Assembly (NCBI RefSeq): GCF_963556055.3
Contig: NZ_CAUVYE020000024.1
Coordinates: 10,513-74,512 of the forward strand
Direction: 5' to 3'
Length of the DNA: 64,000 nucleotides
From: an uncultured Cohaesibacter sp.
GTDB lineage: Bacteria > Pseudomonadota > Alphaproteobacteria > Rhizobiales > Cohaesibacteraceae
This document shows positions 54,152-64,000 of the stretch, one piece after another. A program made the position numbers and the translations under genes. The stretch's first letter is position 1, and every line of letters begins with the position of its first letter. The notes beneath the pieces were generated by a model. That model was not told where the DNA came from. It made no database searches and saw only the letters and a list, made by a program, of their open reading frames with translations.

Positions 54152-54655
54152 TCATTCGACCAAATTCAGAAACGCAGCGACAACCTTTTCATAGACATCT
54201 CTCTTGAACGGCACGATGAGGTCCGGTGTCGTTGTGAGGTCGCCCCAGCGCCAATCCTCGAATTCCTGAGGATGTTTGCCTTTGGCGGGACTGATGACCT
54301 CGATTTCCTCTTCATCGCCCTCAAAGCGGAAGGCAAACCAGCGCTGACGTTGCCCCTTGTATTTGCCAACCTTGCCCGCCTTGACGATGTCGTCAGGGAA
54401 ATCATAATAGAGCCAGTCAGAGGCTTCTTGCAGCAGGCTGACATGCTTGATGGAGGTTTCTTCGTAAAGCTCGCGAATGGCCGCTTCAAGAGGCTCTTCG
54501 CCTTTGTCGATACCGCCCTGCGGCATTTGCCAGCAATAGGGACTGTTTTCCAGCTCTGCGGCCGAAACCCGCTTGCCGATCCAAACCTGATTGTTCTTGT
54601 TGAAGACGCAAATGCCAACGCAGTCGCGATAGGGAAGGTCTTTGTTCTTGGGCAT
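54152..54655 (-). CDS. rppH: RNA pyrophosphohydrolase (Nudix)
   Basis: 167 aa with YRDCVGICVFN...WQMPQGGIDKGEEPLEAAIRELYEETS (Nudix box GX5EX7REUXEEXGU). Confidence 0.92.
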   Translation of the reverse strand: MPKNKDLPYRDCVGICVFNKNNQVWIGKRVSAAELENSPYCWQMPQGGIDKGEEPLEAAIRELYEETSIKHVSLLQEASDWLYYDFPDDIVKAGKVGKYKGQRQRWFAFRFEGDEEEIEVISPAKGKHPQEFEDWRWGDLTTTPDLIVPFKRDVYEKVVAAFLNLVE

Positions 54656-54665
54656 GTGATTGCGC

Positions 54666-55793
54666 CTATTGATTTAGAAGTGTTGTCACCGGAACAAGAG
54701 CAAAGCCGCGTTTGCGCAAGGACTGGGTCCAGTCGGAAATGGTTTTGATAGAGGCGGGAAAAGCTGAGGCGACGCCAAGAGCTGCGCCCTTTTCCTGAGC
54801 AATCGATTCAAGCTGTACAAGACGGGTTTCAATGTCGGAGGGTCGCCCGCGGAAATCGATGACCAGATCTGATCGCAGGTTCGGGACATTCATCTTGTTT
54901 GCAATCATGGTAAGGCGGCTGCGACCGGAATCCCCATTTTCAACATACATGAGGCCGTTGACGCGCAGCTCGTGGATAAACTCGGATCCAGCCACCTCGT
55001 CAGAGGAGAAACGCGCGCCCATATAGTTGATCACACCGACATACTGATCCAAACGGCCCAGAACCCAATGCAGATTTGCCTTGTTGGCATCCGCATTTGC
55101 CGATGAAAGCAGGGTGTGCGGTCCCGGATCATTATTCGGATAATCGAATGGTTCCATGGGAACCTGAACCAGCAGCTCATGGCCCTGGCTTCTGGCTCGC
55201 TGCGCCCAGCGAGCAAGGCTGTTGCCATAGGGCGCAAAGGCCAGAGAAATGTCGGGCGGAAGCAGCGTGAGCGCTTCTTCTGTTGTCGTCTGGGACAGGC
55301 CCAGACCATCAATGATAACAGCAATTTTCGGCAGCCCGGCAATTGCATCAGTATTGACCGGTCGCGCGAAAGTCTGGAATGGAGCATCTCCGCTGGTTAC
55401 CGGGGATGTGTTCAGGCTGGGATCAGAGGGATCCAGCACGCGAATCGTGCCGGCGTTATCGGCACCTGAATCCATACTATCGGAGGAGCCAGTCTCCATG
55501 CCCAGCGGGGTTGGCATGGATGTTTCGGGAATTCCGGGCTTGATGCCCGGCCTTATGCTGGCGACACCGACGCGCGTGTTGGTGGGCATCGTGGAGCCCA
55601 GATCGACTTCTGCGGTTGGGTGGCCCCCGTTCGGATTGTCGCTAAAGAGGATGGTTGCCGGCAGTCCGACCAATACAAGTGCCAAAGCCGAAAAGGCGCC
55701 CAGCATAAAAAGTTTGCTTGAGCTCAATCCTGCCTTTTTGCCTTGGCCAAGAGGCTTGCTGAGATCATTCGCCGCCACGATCCGTCTCCTCAA
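54666..55793 (-). CDS. Divergent polysaccharide deacetylase family protein (YibQ-like)
   Basis: 375 aa with an N-terminal TM. The C-terminal region reads IAVIIDGLGLSQ...LLPPDISLAFAPYG...GHELLVQVPMEPFDYPNNDPGPHTLL, typical of the YibQ family. Confidence 0.8.
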   Translation of the reverse strand: MRRRIVAANDLSKPLGQGKKAGLSSSKLFMLGAFSALALVLVGLPATILFSDNPNGGHPTAEVDLGSTMPTNTRVGVASIRPGIKPGIPETSMPTPLGMETGSSDSMDSGADNAGTIRVLDPSDPSLNTSPVTSGDAPFQTFARPVNTDAIAGLPKIAVIIDGLGLSQTTTEEALTLLPPDISLAFAPYGNSLARWAQRARSQGHELLVQVPMEPFDYPNNDPGPHTLLSSANADANKANLHWVLGRLDQYVGVINYMGARFSSDEVAGSEFIHELRVNGLMYVENGDSGRSRLTMIANKMNVPNLRSDLVIDFRGRPSDIETRLVQLESIAQEKGAALGVASAFPASIKTISDWTQSLRKRGFALVPVTTLLNQ

Positions 55794-55836
55794 GAGGAAA
55801 AAGGTGAGCGAAAGCGCCCACCTTTTTCGTCACTGT

Positions 55837-57210
55837 CTAATTTTCCGCTTTGGGCGGAAAAGCACTGTTTTCGATTTCGCCATGCATCAGTTTGAGAGCA
55901 TACTGAAGCTGGGTGTCTTTTTCCAGTTCTGTGGGAACGTAGGAAGGTGAGTAGGTTTCTCTTACGTCCTTTACTTCCTCATTTTCATCCGTTGTTACTG
56001 GAGTGTCCTCCGGTTCCATGCCTTCCGCTTCCAGATGCCCCTTCAAGTTGGCCTCTGTTGTGGTCTGCTGCGGGAACTTGTCCTTCAGATCATCGGGCAG
56101 TTCCTGTTTGACAAAAATGTCCGGCAGAATGCCTTTGGCCTGGATGGAGGTTCCCGAAGGGGTGTAGTAACGTGCTGTCGTCAGGCGGATCGCGCCATCA
56201 TTGCTCAGCGGGATGATCGTCTGAACCGAGCCTTTGCCGAAGGATTTGGAACCAACCAGCGTTGCGCGGTGATGGTCGGACAAGGCTCCTGCCACAATCT
56301 CGGATGCGGATGCCGAGCCGCCATTGATCAGAACAACCATTGGCAGACCTTTGGTCATATCGCCTGCGCGAGAGTAATAGCGCTTGACTTCTTCCTTGTT
56401 GCGACCGCGTGTCGAGACGATTTCGCCTTGATCAAGGAAGGTATCGGCAACGGCAATCGACTGGTCAAGCTGACCACCGGGGTTAGACCGCAAATCCAGA
56501 ATATAGCCTTTGAGCTTTTTCTCACCGATTTCCTTTTCCAGAGCTTCAATCGCTTCGGCAAGACCGGCAAAGGCCTGGCCATTGAATTGCGTGATGCGAA
56601 TGTAGCCCAGATCATCATAGGCTTTGAACTTGACGGATTTGAGCTTGATGATCTGGCGGGTGATTTCGACCTCAATCGGCTTTTCGACATTCTTGCGAAC
56701 AATGGTGAGCTTGATTTTCGTTCCCACCTTGCCGCGCATCTTGTCTACCGCTTCATTGAGGGTAAGACCGCGTACCGCCTGGCCATCAAGGCGCGTGATA
56801 TAGTCGTCGGCGAGGATCCCTGCTTCATGGGCGGGGGTGTCGTCCATTGGTGAAATCACTTTCACCACGCCATTTTCCATGGTCACCTGAATGCCAAGGC
56901 CACCAAATTCGCCTTGCGTTTCGACCGTCATGTCCTCGAAGCTTTCGGGGGACATGTAGCTGGAATGCGGGTCGAGCGAGGTGAGCATGCCATTGAGTGC
57001 CGATGAGATGAGCTTTTCATCATCGGGGACTTCAACATATTCTCGACGCACACGCTCGAACACATCGCCAAACAGATTCAAATGGCGGTAAGTGTCCGAG
57101 CTGGCCGCGTTTGCCGTGCCCGTCGATTGCCAAGGGGCGACTGACAATGTCACGACCAGACTTGCTCCCATGAGAGCGCCGATAAGCAATAGTGAGAGTT
57201 TACGGATCAT
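55837..57210 (-). CDS. ctpA: Carboxy-terminal processing protease (S41)
   Basis: ATG 57210 overlaps the upstream gene stop (ATGA). Signal peptide MIRKLSLLLIGALMGASL, a PDZ region, and S41 motifs GGSASASEIVAGAL and SFGKGSVQT. Confidence 0.92.
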   Translation of the reverse strand: MIRKLSLLLIGALMGASLVVTLSVAPWQSTGTANAASSDTYRHLNLFGDVFERVRREYVEVPDDEKLISSALNGMLTSLDPHSSYMSPESFEDMTVETQGEFGGLGIQVTMENGVVKVISPMDDTPAHEAGILADDYITRLDGQAVRGLTLNEAVDKMRGKVGTKIKLTIVRKNVEKPIEVEITRQIIKLKSVKFKAYDDLGYIRITQFNGQAFAGLAEAIEALEKEIGEKKLKGYILDLRSNPGGQLDQSIAVADTFLDQGEIVSTRGRNKEEVKRYYSRAGDMTKGLPMVVLINGGSASASEIVAGALSDHHRATLVGSKSFGKGSVQTIIPLSNDGAIRLTTARYYTPSGTSIQAKGILPDIFVKQELPDDLKDKFPQQTTTEANLKGHLEAEGMEPEDTPVTTDENEEVKDVRETYSPSYVPTELEKDTQLQYALKLMHGEIENSAFPPKAEN

Positions 57211-58826
57211 CCGTCTGCCTTTTCTTCCAAATCTGCTGTCCACCATGGTGAAGGATCGATCGCAACACCATCTTGTCTCAATTCCATGTATAGCACCGGC
57301 CGCGCCGTATTGGCATCCAATAGATCGCTTGCAGCCAGTTTTGTCTTCTGCATCCGTCCTACAGGTTCATTCGTTAATACGAAATTTCCAACCTCGGTGA
57401 AAATCTCGTCCAACCCTGACAAGACGATATGGTAGCCATCCCCGGCATTGATAATCAAGAGCTTACCGAAGGATCTGAACGGTCCTGCGTAAACAACCCA
57501 GCCATCGGCCGGGCTTGTCACCTGGGCATCCGACAGAGTTGCTATCGACAGACCCTTGGTTTGGCCTCCAAATCCGTCAGTGCTGCCGTAATTCTTGACG
57601 ATTTCTCCGCTTGCGGGAAGATGCAAGAGGCTCTTCATATTAATGAAAGGTATGGCAGGAGAAAGGCGGGCAGCATCTTTTAGCGCAGCAATTTTCTGTT
57701 TTTTGGTTTCCAATTCCTGCTGGAGAGCCCTTTTCTCCGCTTCCTTGGCTTCTTCTACGGCAAGACGTGCAGCTTCGATCTCTTTTTCCATGCCCTCAAT
57801 CAGCTGTGTCACGGACTTTGCTCTTGCTGCCAGATCGATGGTTTTCTGTTCTTCCTGTTTGGCTGCATGGCGTGTTTTGCTCTCCTGCTCCTTCTTTTTG
57901 GCAATCAGGAGATCCAGCCTTTGGCGCTCTTCCTGTTGCTTGGCAAGGTTGGATTGCAGGGCGTTCTTTTCTTCCTCAATCTCTCTTTGCAGATCGATCA
58001 GCTTGGCCAGCTGATCGGCCAATGCCTTGGCCTCAACCCGGATTTCTGGCACCAGCGTAGAAAGCAGGATGGCCGAGCGGACGGCGTTGAGGGCCTCATT
58101 GGGGCGAATGACAAGGGCTGGCGGGGGATTTCGACCAATCCGCTGCAAGGCTGCGAGAATTTCAGAAAGGGCATCGCGTTGCTCGGCCAGAGACACTTTC
58201 AGTTCGGTCTGGTCGGCAAAAAGGTCACGCAGTTTCTTTTCTCGACTGGAAATGGACGTTTCCAGATTTTTGAGGCGTTCGGCGGTGGCGATCAAATTGC
58301 TTTGTATCGTCTCCCGATCCGATTGCAATTGCTCGATTTCCCTGACCAGTTCCTTCCGGTGGCTTTGCGAGAGAGCAATATTTTCCTCGATGCGGGCAAG
58401 CGCTTCTTGCTGTTCCTTGCGGGCTTTCAGGCGCGCTTCAAGCGCTCTTTGGGCTTGCTGTTCGGCTTCTGACTGGTCGTCGGCGTCGAGGGGGGCTGTG
58501 CCGGTTTCCTCGTTGGCGTCAGTTGCAGTGGCAAGCTCTGAGCTGGACGCTGTGTTTGTCTTCTGGGTTGGGTCGCTACCCTGTTGCGGAATGCTTGCTT
58601 GAGCCCAACCGATCTGCGGCGGCAGACACAGACCAAGACCGAGAGCGAAGGTGGCAAGCCCGCACCTTGGCCTGCACCGTCCTTTGCTGGTCGGCTTGTT
58701 TTCATGGGTCTTCAAATGCACGCGAATCACCTGTGGCGTCGATTTGCAAGCAATGTAGTGCAAGCCAATCTCCGGTGGAATCACCTTGTGCCACTTCTGT
58801 GGCGGAATGTTTGACTTTTTGGGCAA
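57207..58826 (-). CDS. M23-family peptidase with N-terminal coiled coil (EnvC-like murein hydrolase activator)
   Basis: A long Q/E/K/L-rich coiled-coil region is followed by a C-terminal LytM/M23 domain (ADGWVVYAGPFRSFGKLLIINAGDGYHIVLSGL). The start is uncertain: the track gives TTG 58826, and GTG 58730 or 58721 would give a normal signal peptide. Confidence 0.85.
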   Translation of the reverse strand: MPKKSNIPPQKWHKVIPPEIGLHYIACKSTPQVIRVHLKTHENKPTSKGRCRPRCGLATFALGLGLCLPPQIGWAQASIPQQGSDPTQKTNTASSSELATATDANEETGTAPLDADDQSEAEQQAQRALEARLKARKEQQEALARIEENIALSQSHRKELVREIEQLQSDRETIQSNLIATAERLKNLETSISSREKKLRDLFADQTELKVSLAEQRDALSEILAALQRIGRNPPPALVIRPNEALNAVRSAILLSTLVPEIRVEAKALADQLAKLIDLQREIEEEKNALQSNLAKQQEERQRLDLLIAKKKEQESKTRHAAKQEEQKTIDLAARAKSVTQLIEGMEKEIEAARLAVEEAKEAEKRALQQELETKKQKIAALKDAARLSPAIPFINMKSLLHLPASGEIVKNYGSTDGFGGQTKGLSIATLSDAQVTSPADGWVVYAGPFRSFGKLLIINAGDGYHIVLSGLDEIFTEVGNFVLTNEPVGRMQKTKLAASDLLDANTARPVLYMELRQDGVAIDPSPWWTADLEEKADG

Positions 58827-58843
58827 GGACCACGCTTTTCCAG

Positions 58844-59326
58844 TCAGGAACGGTGATAGGGGTGGCCGCTGAGAATTGTTATGGCTCGGTAAATCTGTTC
58901 AGAGACAAGGATTCGGGCGATCTGGTGCGGCCAAGTCATTGCGCCAAGTGCCAGTTTCATGTCGGCGCGTGCCAGCAATTCCTGTCCGTGACCATCGGGG
59001 CCTCCGAGACAAAGCGCCATGGCAGGGCAGCCCTGATTGCGCTGCCGATCCATTATTTGAGCAAAGGCTTCACTTGAAATGCTCTTGCCATGTTCATCAA
59101 GGGCGATGATGAAACTGCCTGCGGGCAAGGCTTTGAGCAATTGTTCGGCTTCCTGATTTTTTCGCTCGTTGACGCTACGCGCCCGGCTTTCGGAAAATTC
59201 CACAATGTCCGGGCCAGACAGACCAAGACTGCGCCCCGCCTTTTGAGCGCGATCCTGATAACGAGCGACAAGCTCAGTCTCCGGGCCAGACTTTTGCCGC
59301 CCGATAGCACCAACAATCAGCTTCAT
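58844..59326 (-). CDS. rlmH: 23S rRNA (pseudouridine1915-N3)-methyltransferase
   Basis: 160 aa, SPOUT family, MKLIVGAIGRQKSGPE...GGPDGH...LSGHPYHR. It holds the conserved position after rsfS. Confidence 0.9.
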   Translation of the reverse strand: MKLIVGAIGRQKSGPETELVARYQDRAQKAGRSLGLSGPDIVEFSESRARSVNERKNQEAEQLLKALPAGSFIIALDEHGKSISSEAFAQIMDRQRNQGCPAMALCLGGPDGHGQELLARADMKLALGAMTWPHQIARILVSEQIYRAITILSGHPYHRS

Positions 59327-59401
59327 CTTTCTCTTTCCAGCCGGTCTCTATCTGCCTGGTCATTCTAGCTTGCCAAGGCGGTCGAAACCGGGCCGACAGG
59401 C

Positions 59402-59791
59402 TTAGTCTTCGCCTTCAGCGTCGGCTGCCCACATTTTCTCGATATTGTAGAATTCGCGGACTTCAGGGCGGAAGATGTGTACGATAATGTCGCCGGTGTC
59501 GATCAGAACCCAATCGCAATTGGGCAGACCTTCCACATTGGCATTGCCAAAGCCATTGTCCTTGAGGTCCTTGAGAAGACGATCAGAGACGGCGCCGACA
59601 TGTCTGTGAGAGCGACCGGACGTGATGACCATGAAATCGGCAAGAGCGGATTTGCCGCGCAAGTCGATTGACAGGATGTCCTCGGCTTTGGATTCATCCA
59701 GGCTTTTCAGGATGGCGTCGAGAGCCAGTTCAGGATCCTTGCGATCCGAAACAAGGCGTAGGGGAGAAAGGCCTTCGGGCATGATCTCCAT
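59402..59791 (-). CDS. rsfS: Ribosome silencing factor
   Basis: 129 aa with LADFMVITSGRSHRHVGAVSD and NCDWVLIDTGDIIVHIFRPEVREFYNIEKMW. Confidence 0.92.
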   Translation of the reverse strand: MEIMPEGLSPLRLVSDRKDPELALDAILKSLDESKAEDILSIDLRGKSALADFMVITSGRSHRHVGAVSDRLLKDLKDNGFGNANVEGLPNCDWVLIDTGDIIVHIFRPEVREFYNIEKMWAADAEGED

Positions 59792-59967
59792 TTGTGCTGC
59801 GGTGGACAGGAATGCACCTCTTTATCAAACTGCAGACAGCTTCTCTCCCGCTCATCAGTCCATCAAGAGACGATGAACGGAAATGGACAGGCGAAAGACT
59901 GATAAGCAAATCAGGTCTCCGCCCTTACAGAATAAGTCATGCTATGTGACATTTTCAAGGCTATCAC

Positions 59968-60597
59968 TCAAATTGGGTGATTGGCCTTTGCGCTTTGTCT
60001 CAAAGCGGTGGAAGACAGCTCTGACCTCGGGCCATACAAAAAGGACCAGGCAGGGCATGGCGCCGTCGCGAGTTTTCCTTCCTCATGGGATGGCAAACGC
60101 GCCCAGTTGTAACTCCGGGCAGCAATCGCGGACAGCGGTGCCAGACTATAGCCGGGACGGTCGATAATGGCAACGGGAACTTTCTGCAAAATGTCTTCCC
60201 AGCGTTGCCATTTGTGAAATTGCTTAAGATTGTCAGCGCCCATGATCCAGACCAGATGGACACCCATGGTTTTTGCCGCTATCCAGTCGAGGCTTTCAGC
60301 GGTAAAACGGGTGTTGGCTGTTGTCTCAACGCCGGTTACATCGATCCGTGGGTGGTCCATGACATCGGCGGTTCTTTTCAGTCTTGTTTCCAGACTTGGC
60401 AGTTCCGTGATATCTTTCAACGGGTTACCAGGCGTGACAAGACACCAGATGCGATCCAGCTGTAATCGTCTCAGAGCCGTAACCGCAACATGGCGGTGGC
60501 CTGCATGTGCAGGATTGAAGCTGCCGCCATAAAGACCGATCCGCATGCCGGAATAGGCAGGGGGCAAAGCATAATCATGAATTCCGGATCGTGTCAT
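59968..60597 (-). CDS. nadD: Nicotinate-nucleotide adenylyltransferase
   Basis: MRIGLYGGSFNPAHAGHRHV (the (T/H)xGH motif) and the ISSTALR-like motif LSSTALRQ. The start may be the internal ATG at 60546. Confidence 0.9.
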   Translation of the reverse strand: MTRSGIHDYALPPAYSGMRIGLYGGSFNPAHAGHRHVAVTALRRLQLDRIWCLVTPGNPLKDITELPSLETRLKRTADVMDHPRIDVTGVETTANTRFTAESLDWIAAKTMGVHLVWIMGADNLKQFHKWQRWEDILQKVPVAIIDRPGYSLAPLSAIAARSYNWARLPSHEEGKLATAPCPAWSFLYGPRSELSSTALRQSAKANHPI

Positions 60598-60679
60598 TGC
60601 GCCAACCGAAGAGACTGGTTCGAGAAAAACAAAGAGACAGTTTGGACCCTATCAAAAGATGGTGGACGGGATCTTAAGG

Positions 60680-61954
60680 TCAGGGACGGATCTGGCCGGT
60701 TCCATGGACGCGGTATTTGAAGCTCGTCAATTGTTCCAGCCCGACCGGTCCACGTGCATGCATGCGCCCGGTCGCGATGCCGATTTCGGCCCCCATACCA
60801 AATTCGCCACCGTCGGCAAATTGCGTTGAGGCATTGTGCATAACAATGGCGCTGTCCACCTTGTTGAGAAATGTTTCGGCAGCTTCGATATCCTCGGCGA
60901 TGATGCTTTCGGTATGATTTGACCCATATTTGGCAATGTGGGCGATGGCATCCCCGACACCGTCAACCAGTTTTGCCGAAATGATCGTGTCGAGATATTC
61001 GGTCGACCAATCTTCTTCGGTCGCCTTTTCTGCCGATGCGATCAGAGCCTGAATATCGTCGGTTCCGCGAATGGTGCAACCGCTCTTGCTGAGGGCCTCA
61101 AGAACCTGCTTGCCGAGCGTTTCGGCAACAGACCTATCGATCAGCAAGGTCTCCGCTGCGCCACAAATGCCCGTGCGGCGCATCTTGGCATTTACAGAAA
61201 TCGCCTCGGCTTTTGCAGGATCCGCGCTCTTGTCGATATAGACGTGGCAGATGCCTTCAAGATGGGAAAAGACAGGAACACGGGCTTCCGACTGGACACG
61301 GGCGACAAGACTTTTGCCACCACGCGGAACAAGGACGTCAACATTGCCGGAAAGGCCCGTCAAAAGCTCGCCAACAGCAGCGCGGTCCGTGGTTGGGACA
61401 ATCTGGATGGCGTCAACAGGCAGGCCTGCTGCCTCAAGGCCCACGGTCAGGCAGGCGTGTATGGCGCGAGATGAGTGATAGCTGTCCGAACCGCCGCGCA
61501 GGATCACGGCATTGCCGGCTTTCAGGCACAAGGCGCCGGCATCCGCAGTGACGTTGGGGCGGCTTTCATAGATTACCCCGATCACTCCAAGAGGTGTGCG
61601 GACCCGTTCGATTTGCAGGCCGTTGGGGCGTTCCCAGCGTGACATGATCTTGCCAACCGGATCGGGCAGAGCGGCGATGGCTTCAAGACCGGCGGCAATG
61701 GCTTCGATGCGGGCTTCATTCAACGTCAAGCGATCAAGAAATGCCTTGCTCATGCCATCCGCCTCACCCTTGGCTATATCCCTGGTGTTGGCCTCGAGAA
61801 TGGACGGGCTTTGAGAGCGCAGCGATTTCGCCGCTTCCTTCAGGGCCAAATTCTTTTGCACGGTCTGGGCTGTGGCCAACAGACGCGAGGCAAGGCGTGC
61901 CTTTTCGCCCAACGCCTTCATGATGTCTGTCACATTGTCTCGTTTGTCAGTCAT
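60680..61954 (-). CDS. proA: Glutamate-5-semialdehyde dehydrogenase
   Basis: 424 aa with [13 protein letters not shown] and the active-site Cys context [12 protein letters not shown]. Confidence 0.95.
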   Translation of the reverse strand: MTDKRDNVTDIMKALGEKARLASRLLATAQTVQKNLALKEAAKSLRSQSPSILEANTRDIAKGEADGMSKAFLDRLTLNEARIEAIAAGLEAIAALPDPVGKIMSRWERPNGLQIERVRTPLGVIGVIYESRPNVTADAGALCLKAGNAVILRGGSDSYHSSRAIHACLTVGLEAAGLPVDAIQIVPTTDRAAVGELLTGLSGNVDVLVPRGGKSLVARVQSEARVPVFSHLEGICHVYIDKSADPAKAEAISVNAKMRRTGICGAAETLLIDRSVAETLGKQVLEALSKSGCTIRGTDDIQALIASAEKATEEDWSTEYLDTIISAKLVDGVGDAIAHIAKYGSNHTESIIAEDIEAAETFLNKVDSAIVMHNASTQFADGGEFGMGAEIGIATGRMHARGPVGLEQLTSFKYRVHGTGQIRP

Positions 61955-62045
61955 GGCATGCCCTTTTTCTCAAGAAAAGCCGTCTATTGCGCATATAGGT
62001 TCAATGTTTTTGCCGGGTCAAGCAATGTTTGACCTGTCCACTTGC

Positions 62046-63236
62046 CTAGTGGTCGACATGGTCGCTGCCGCTTAGCACCATGTCGTCACGATGCACCAGC
62101 TCGGGGCGGCCATCATACCCAAGTATGTCCGGTATCAGGGTGGATTTGCATCCCATGATCTGATCTGCTTCCGATCTGTCATAGCCAATGAGGCCGCGTG
62201 CGATTTCCTCGCCGTCAAGGTCGGTAATGATAACCGCGTCCCCCTTGGCAAAATCGCCACCAAGTTTCTTGACGCCTGCCGGAAGCAGGCTTTTGCCAGA
62301 CAGAAGCGCATTGACGGCCCCCTTGTCGAGCATCAGGGTGCCATGTGGTTCCAGATGGCCATTGATCCAGCGTTTGCGCTGTTTGATCGGGGTGGAATTG
62401 GGCACAAACCAGCTGTGCTTCGCACCCTTCATGATTGCATTGAGCGGATTATAGTCGCTGCCATCGGCGATGATCATCGCGGTGCCAGCATTGACGGCGA
62501 TTTTTGCAGCTGCGATCTTGGTCGTCATGCCGCCTTTGGCGAGGCTCGATCCGGCGCTCCCTGCCATGGCCTCGATATCATGCGTGATCTGCTCGATGAC
62601 GGGAATATGTTTGGCGTCGGGATTATCAAGGGGAGGGGCGGTGTAAAGACCATCGATATCGGAGAGCAGAATGAGACAGTCGGCGCTGATCATGGTGGCG
62701 ACACGGGCGGCAAGGCGATCATTGTCGCCAAACTTGATTTCGGAGGTCGCCACGGTGTCATTTTCGTTGATGATCGGAACCGCGCCCAACTTCAGCAAAG
62801 TGGTAAGGGTCGCCCGGGCATTGAGATAGCGGCGACGCTCCTCGGTGTCGCTCAGGGTCAGGAGAACCTGCCCGGCGGTAAGGTCTACCTTGTGCAGGGC
62901 ATCAGAATAGGCTTCACCCAGAGCGATCTGTCCAATTGCCGCGGCTGCCTGGCTTTCTTCAAGGCGGAGTTTGCCTGGGGGAAGCTCTGTTTTGCGCCTC
63001 CCCAATGCAATGGCGCCAGAAGAAACAATGATGACTTCCTTGCCTTGTTCCTTGAGCATGGCGATGTCGTCGATCAGGGTTTGCAACCAGGCCGCACGCA
63101 GGCGTCCGGTTGCTTGGTCCACCAAGGTCGCCGAACCGATCTTGACGACAATTCGTTTTTGATCCTCAAGTCTCACATCATGATCCAATTCTAGGGGCCG
63201 TCGGCACAAGGCGGGTTCAAGCAAAGCGGACTGCAA
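62046..63236 (-). CDS. proB: Glutamate 5-kinase
   Basis: [25 protein letters not shown], a C-terminal PUA domain ([21 protein letters not shown]). The start is uncertain: TTG 63236 or GTG 63176. Confidence 0.93.
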   Translation of the reverse strand: MQSALLEPALCRRPLELDHDVRLEDQKRIVVKIGSATLVDQATGRLRAAWLQTLIDDIAMLKEQGKEVIIVSSGAIALGRRKTELPPGKLRLEESQAAAAIGQIALGEAYSDALHKVDLTAGQVLLTLSDTEERRRYLNARATLTTLLKLGAVPIINENDTVATSEIKFGDNDRLAARVATMISADCLILLSDIDGLYTAPPLDNPDAKHIPVIEQITHDIEAMAGSAGSSLAKGGMTTKIAAAKIAVNAGTAMIIADGSDYNPLNAIMKGAKHSWFVPNSTPIKQRKRWINGHLEPHGTLMLDKGAVNALLSGKSLLPAGVKKLGGDFAKGDAVIITDLDGEEIARGLIGYDRSEADQIMGCKSTLIPDILGYDGRPELVHRDDMVLSGSDHVDH

Positions 63237-63251
63237 GAATTTGCAGGCCCT

Positions 63252-64000
63252 TTATGGACGCCAGGCTTGTGGTTCCTGTGCGGCTATTTGCTCTTGCCGG
63301 TTTTCAAGAATGATCTTGTCCATAAGGGCACGCAGGATCGTGTCCATATTGGTTTTTGCGACAGCAGAGATGGCGTGGGGTCGGAAACCGTAAGCGGCTT
63401 CGAACGCTGCCATTTTTTCAGCAATATCGTCCTCGGTCAAGGAATCGACCTTGGTCAGAGCGACAATTTCGTCCTTTTCACCCAATCCCTGATCGTAAGC
63501 TTCCAGCTCACCGCGGATGATGCGATAGGCGTCGAGAAAATCATCCTGTGTGGCATCGACCAGATGAAGCAAAACGCGGCAGCGTTCGACATGGCCCAGG
63601 AACCGGTCACCGATGCCAAGGCCTTCATGGGCCCCTTCGATCAGACCGGGGATGTCAGCCATGACGAATTCACGGCTGTCAATTCCTACTACACCAAGAT
63701 TGGGGTGCAAGGTCGTGAAGGGATAGTCCGCAATTTTCGGCTTAGCTGAGGAAACCGATGACAAAAAGGTCGACTTGCCGGCATTGGGCAGGCCAACAAG
63801 ACCCGCATCAGCGATCAGCTTAAGGCGAAGCCAGACATAACGCTCCTCGCCTTCGAGGCCGGGGTTGGCATGGCGCGGTGCCTGATTGGTGGCCGACTTG
63901 AAATGGGTATTTCCAAAACCGCCATTGCCACCCTTGGCGAGCAGACAGGTCTGCCCTTCTTCTGTCAGATCGGCGAGGATGGTATCATTGTCCTCGTCCA
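63252..64000 (-). CDS. obg: GTPase Obg/CgtA (C-terminal two thirds; gene continues past right edge)
   Basis: Manual translation shows the frame is open from base 63998 down to the stop at 63252: ...[79 protein letters not shown]... The track lists only 63252..63764. Confidence 0.93.
   Translation of the reverse strand, partial: DEDNDTILADLTEEGQTCLLAKGGNGGFGNTHFKSATNQAPRHANPGLEGEERYVWLRLKLIADAGLVGLPNAGKSTFLSSVSSAKPKIADYPFTTLHPNLGVVGIDSREFVMADIPGLIEGAHEGLGIGDRFLGHVERCRVLLHLVDATQDDFLDAYRIIRGELEAYDQGLGEKDEIVALTKVDSLTEDDIAEKMAAFEAAYGFRPHAISAVAKTNMDTILRALMDKIILENRQEQIAAQEPQAWRP

Noticed and set aside
58427-58705. An alternative-frame ATG ORF (MKTSRPAKDG...) overlapping the 5' end of the M23 peptidase gene. 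This could hint at another frameshift.
   Set aside because: In-frame GTG starts at 58730 and 58721 give a normal basic n-region plus a hydrophobic signal peptide (KGRCRPRCGLATFALGLGLCL). No frameshift is needed.

Overview
This window looks like a core chromosomal segment of an alphaproteobacterium. Gene order resembles Hyphomicrobiales/Rhizobiales: sdhCDAB ... mdh-sucCDAB-lpdA ... xerC ... priA-atpHAGDC.

Gene content, left to right:
- ftsK 5' end (minus strand, runs off the edge), a class I/II aminotransferase, the giant NAD-specific glutamate dehydrogenase, a divergent LysR/MFS pair, leuB, leuD, argC.
- asd, a beta-carbonic anhydrase, a pyridoxal kinase, an FAD oxidoreductase, and a CitE-like / small protein / MaoC-hydratase (mch-like) cluster.
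- sdhCDAB, a degenerate LMW-PTP/ArsC-like gene, class II fructose-bisphosphate aldolase, two tandem Omp19/Inh-like lipoproteins, zapE, mdh-sucC-sucD-sucA-sucB-lpdA.
- A small secreted protein, xerC, transaldolase, priA, atpHAGDC, two tandem paralogous chemoreceptors.
- The conserved minus-strand block rppH / yibQ-like / ctpA / M23-EnvC-like / rlmH / rsfS / nadD / proA / proB / obg (partial).

I saw no rRNA, tRNA, CRISPR, IS/transposase, phage or defence genes. I did not find a convincing novel multi-gene system; the window is mostly housekeeping.

Most notable observations:
1. A short ORF with 9 Thr codons in 10 consecutive codons, followed by mutually exclusive GC-rich stems, sits directly upstream of asd. 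This is a candidate threonine-sensing leader.
2. There are nine apparent +1 insertions in short homopolymer runs. Eight are packed into 13.7-18.7 kb and break asd, carbonic anhydrase, pyridoxal kinase (three times), the FAD oxidoreductase and the CitE-like gene (twice). One more breaks sucC. This is most likely a sequencing or assembly artefact but needs read-level checking.
3. An LMW-PTP/ArsC-fold protein lacks every catalytic cysteine.
4. Two Omp19/Inh-family lipoprotein paralogs lie in tandem.
5. A diverged tandem MCP pair has long helical periplasmic domains, and exact CtrA-type boxes lie upstream of the second copy.

All calls rest on reading the sequence and remembered family signatures. 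No database searches were run.
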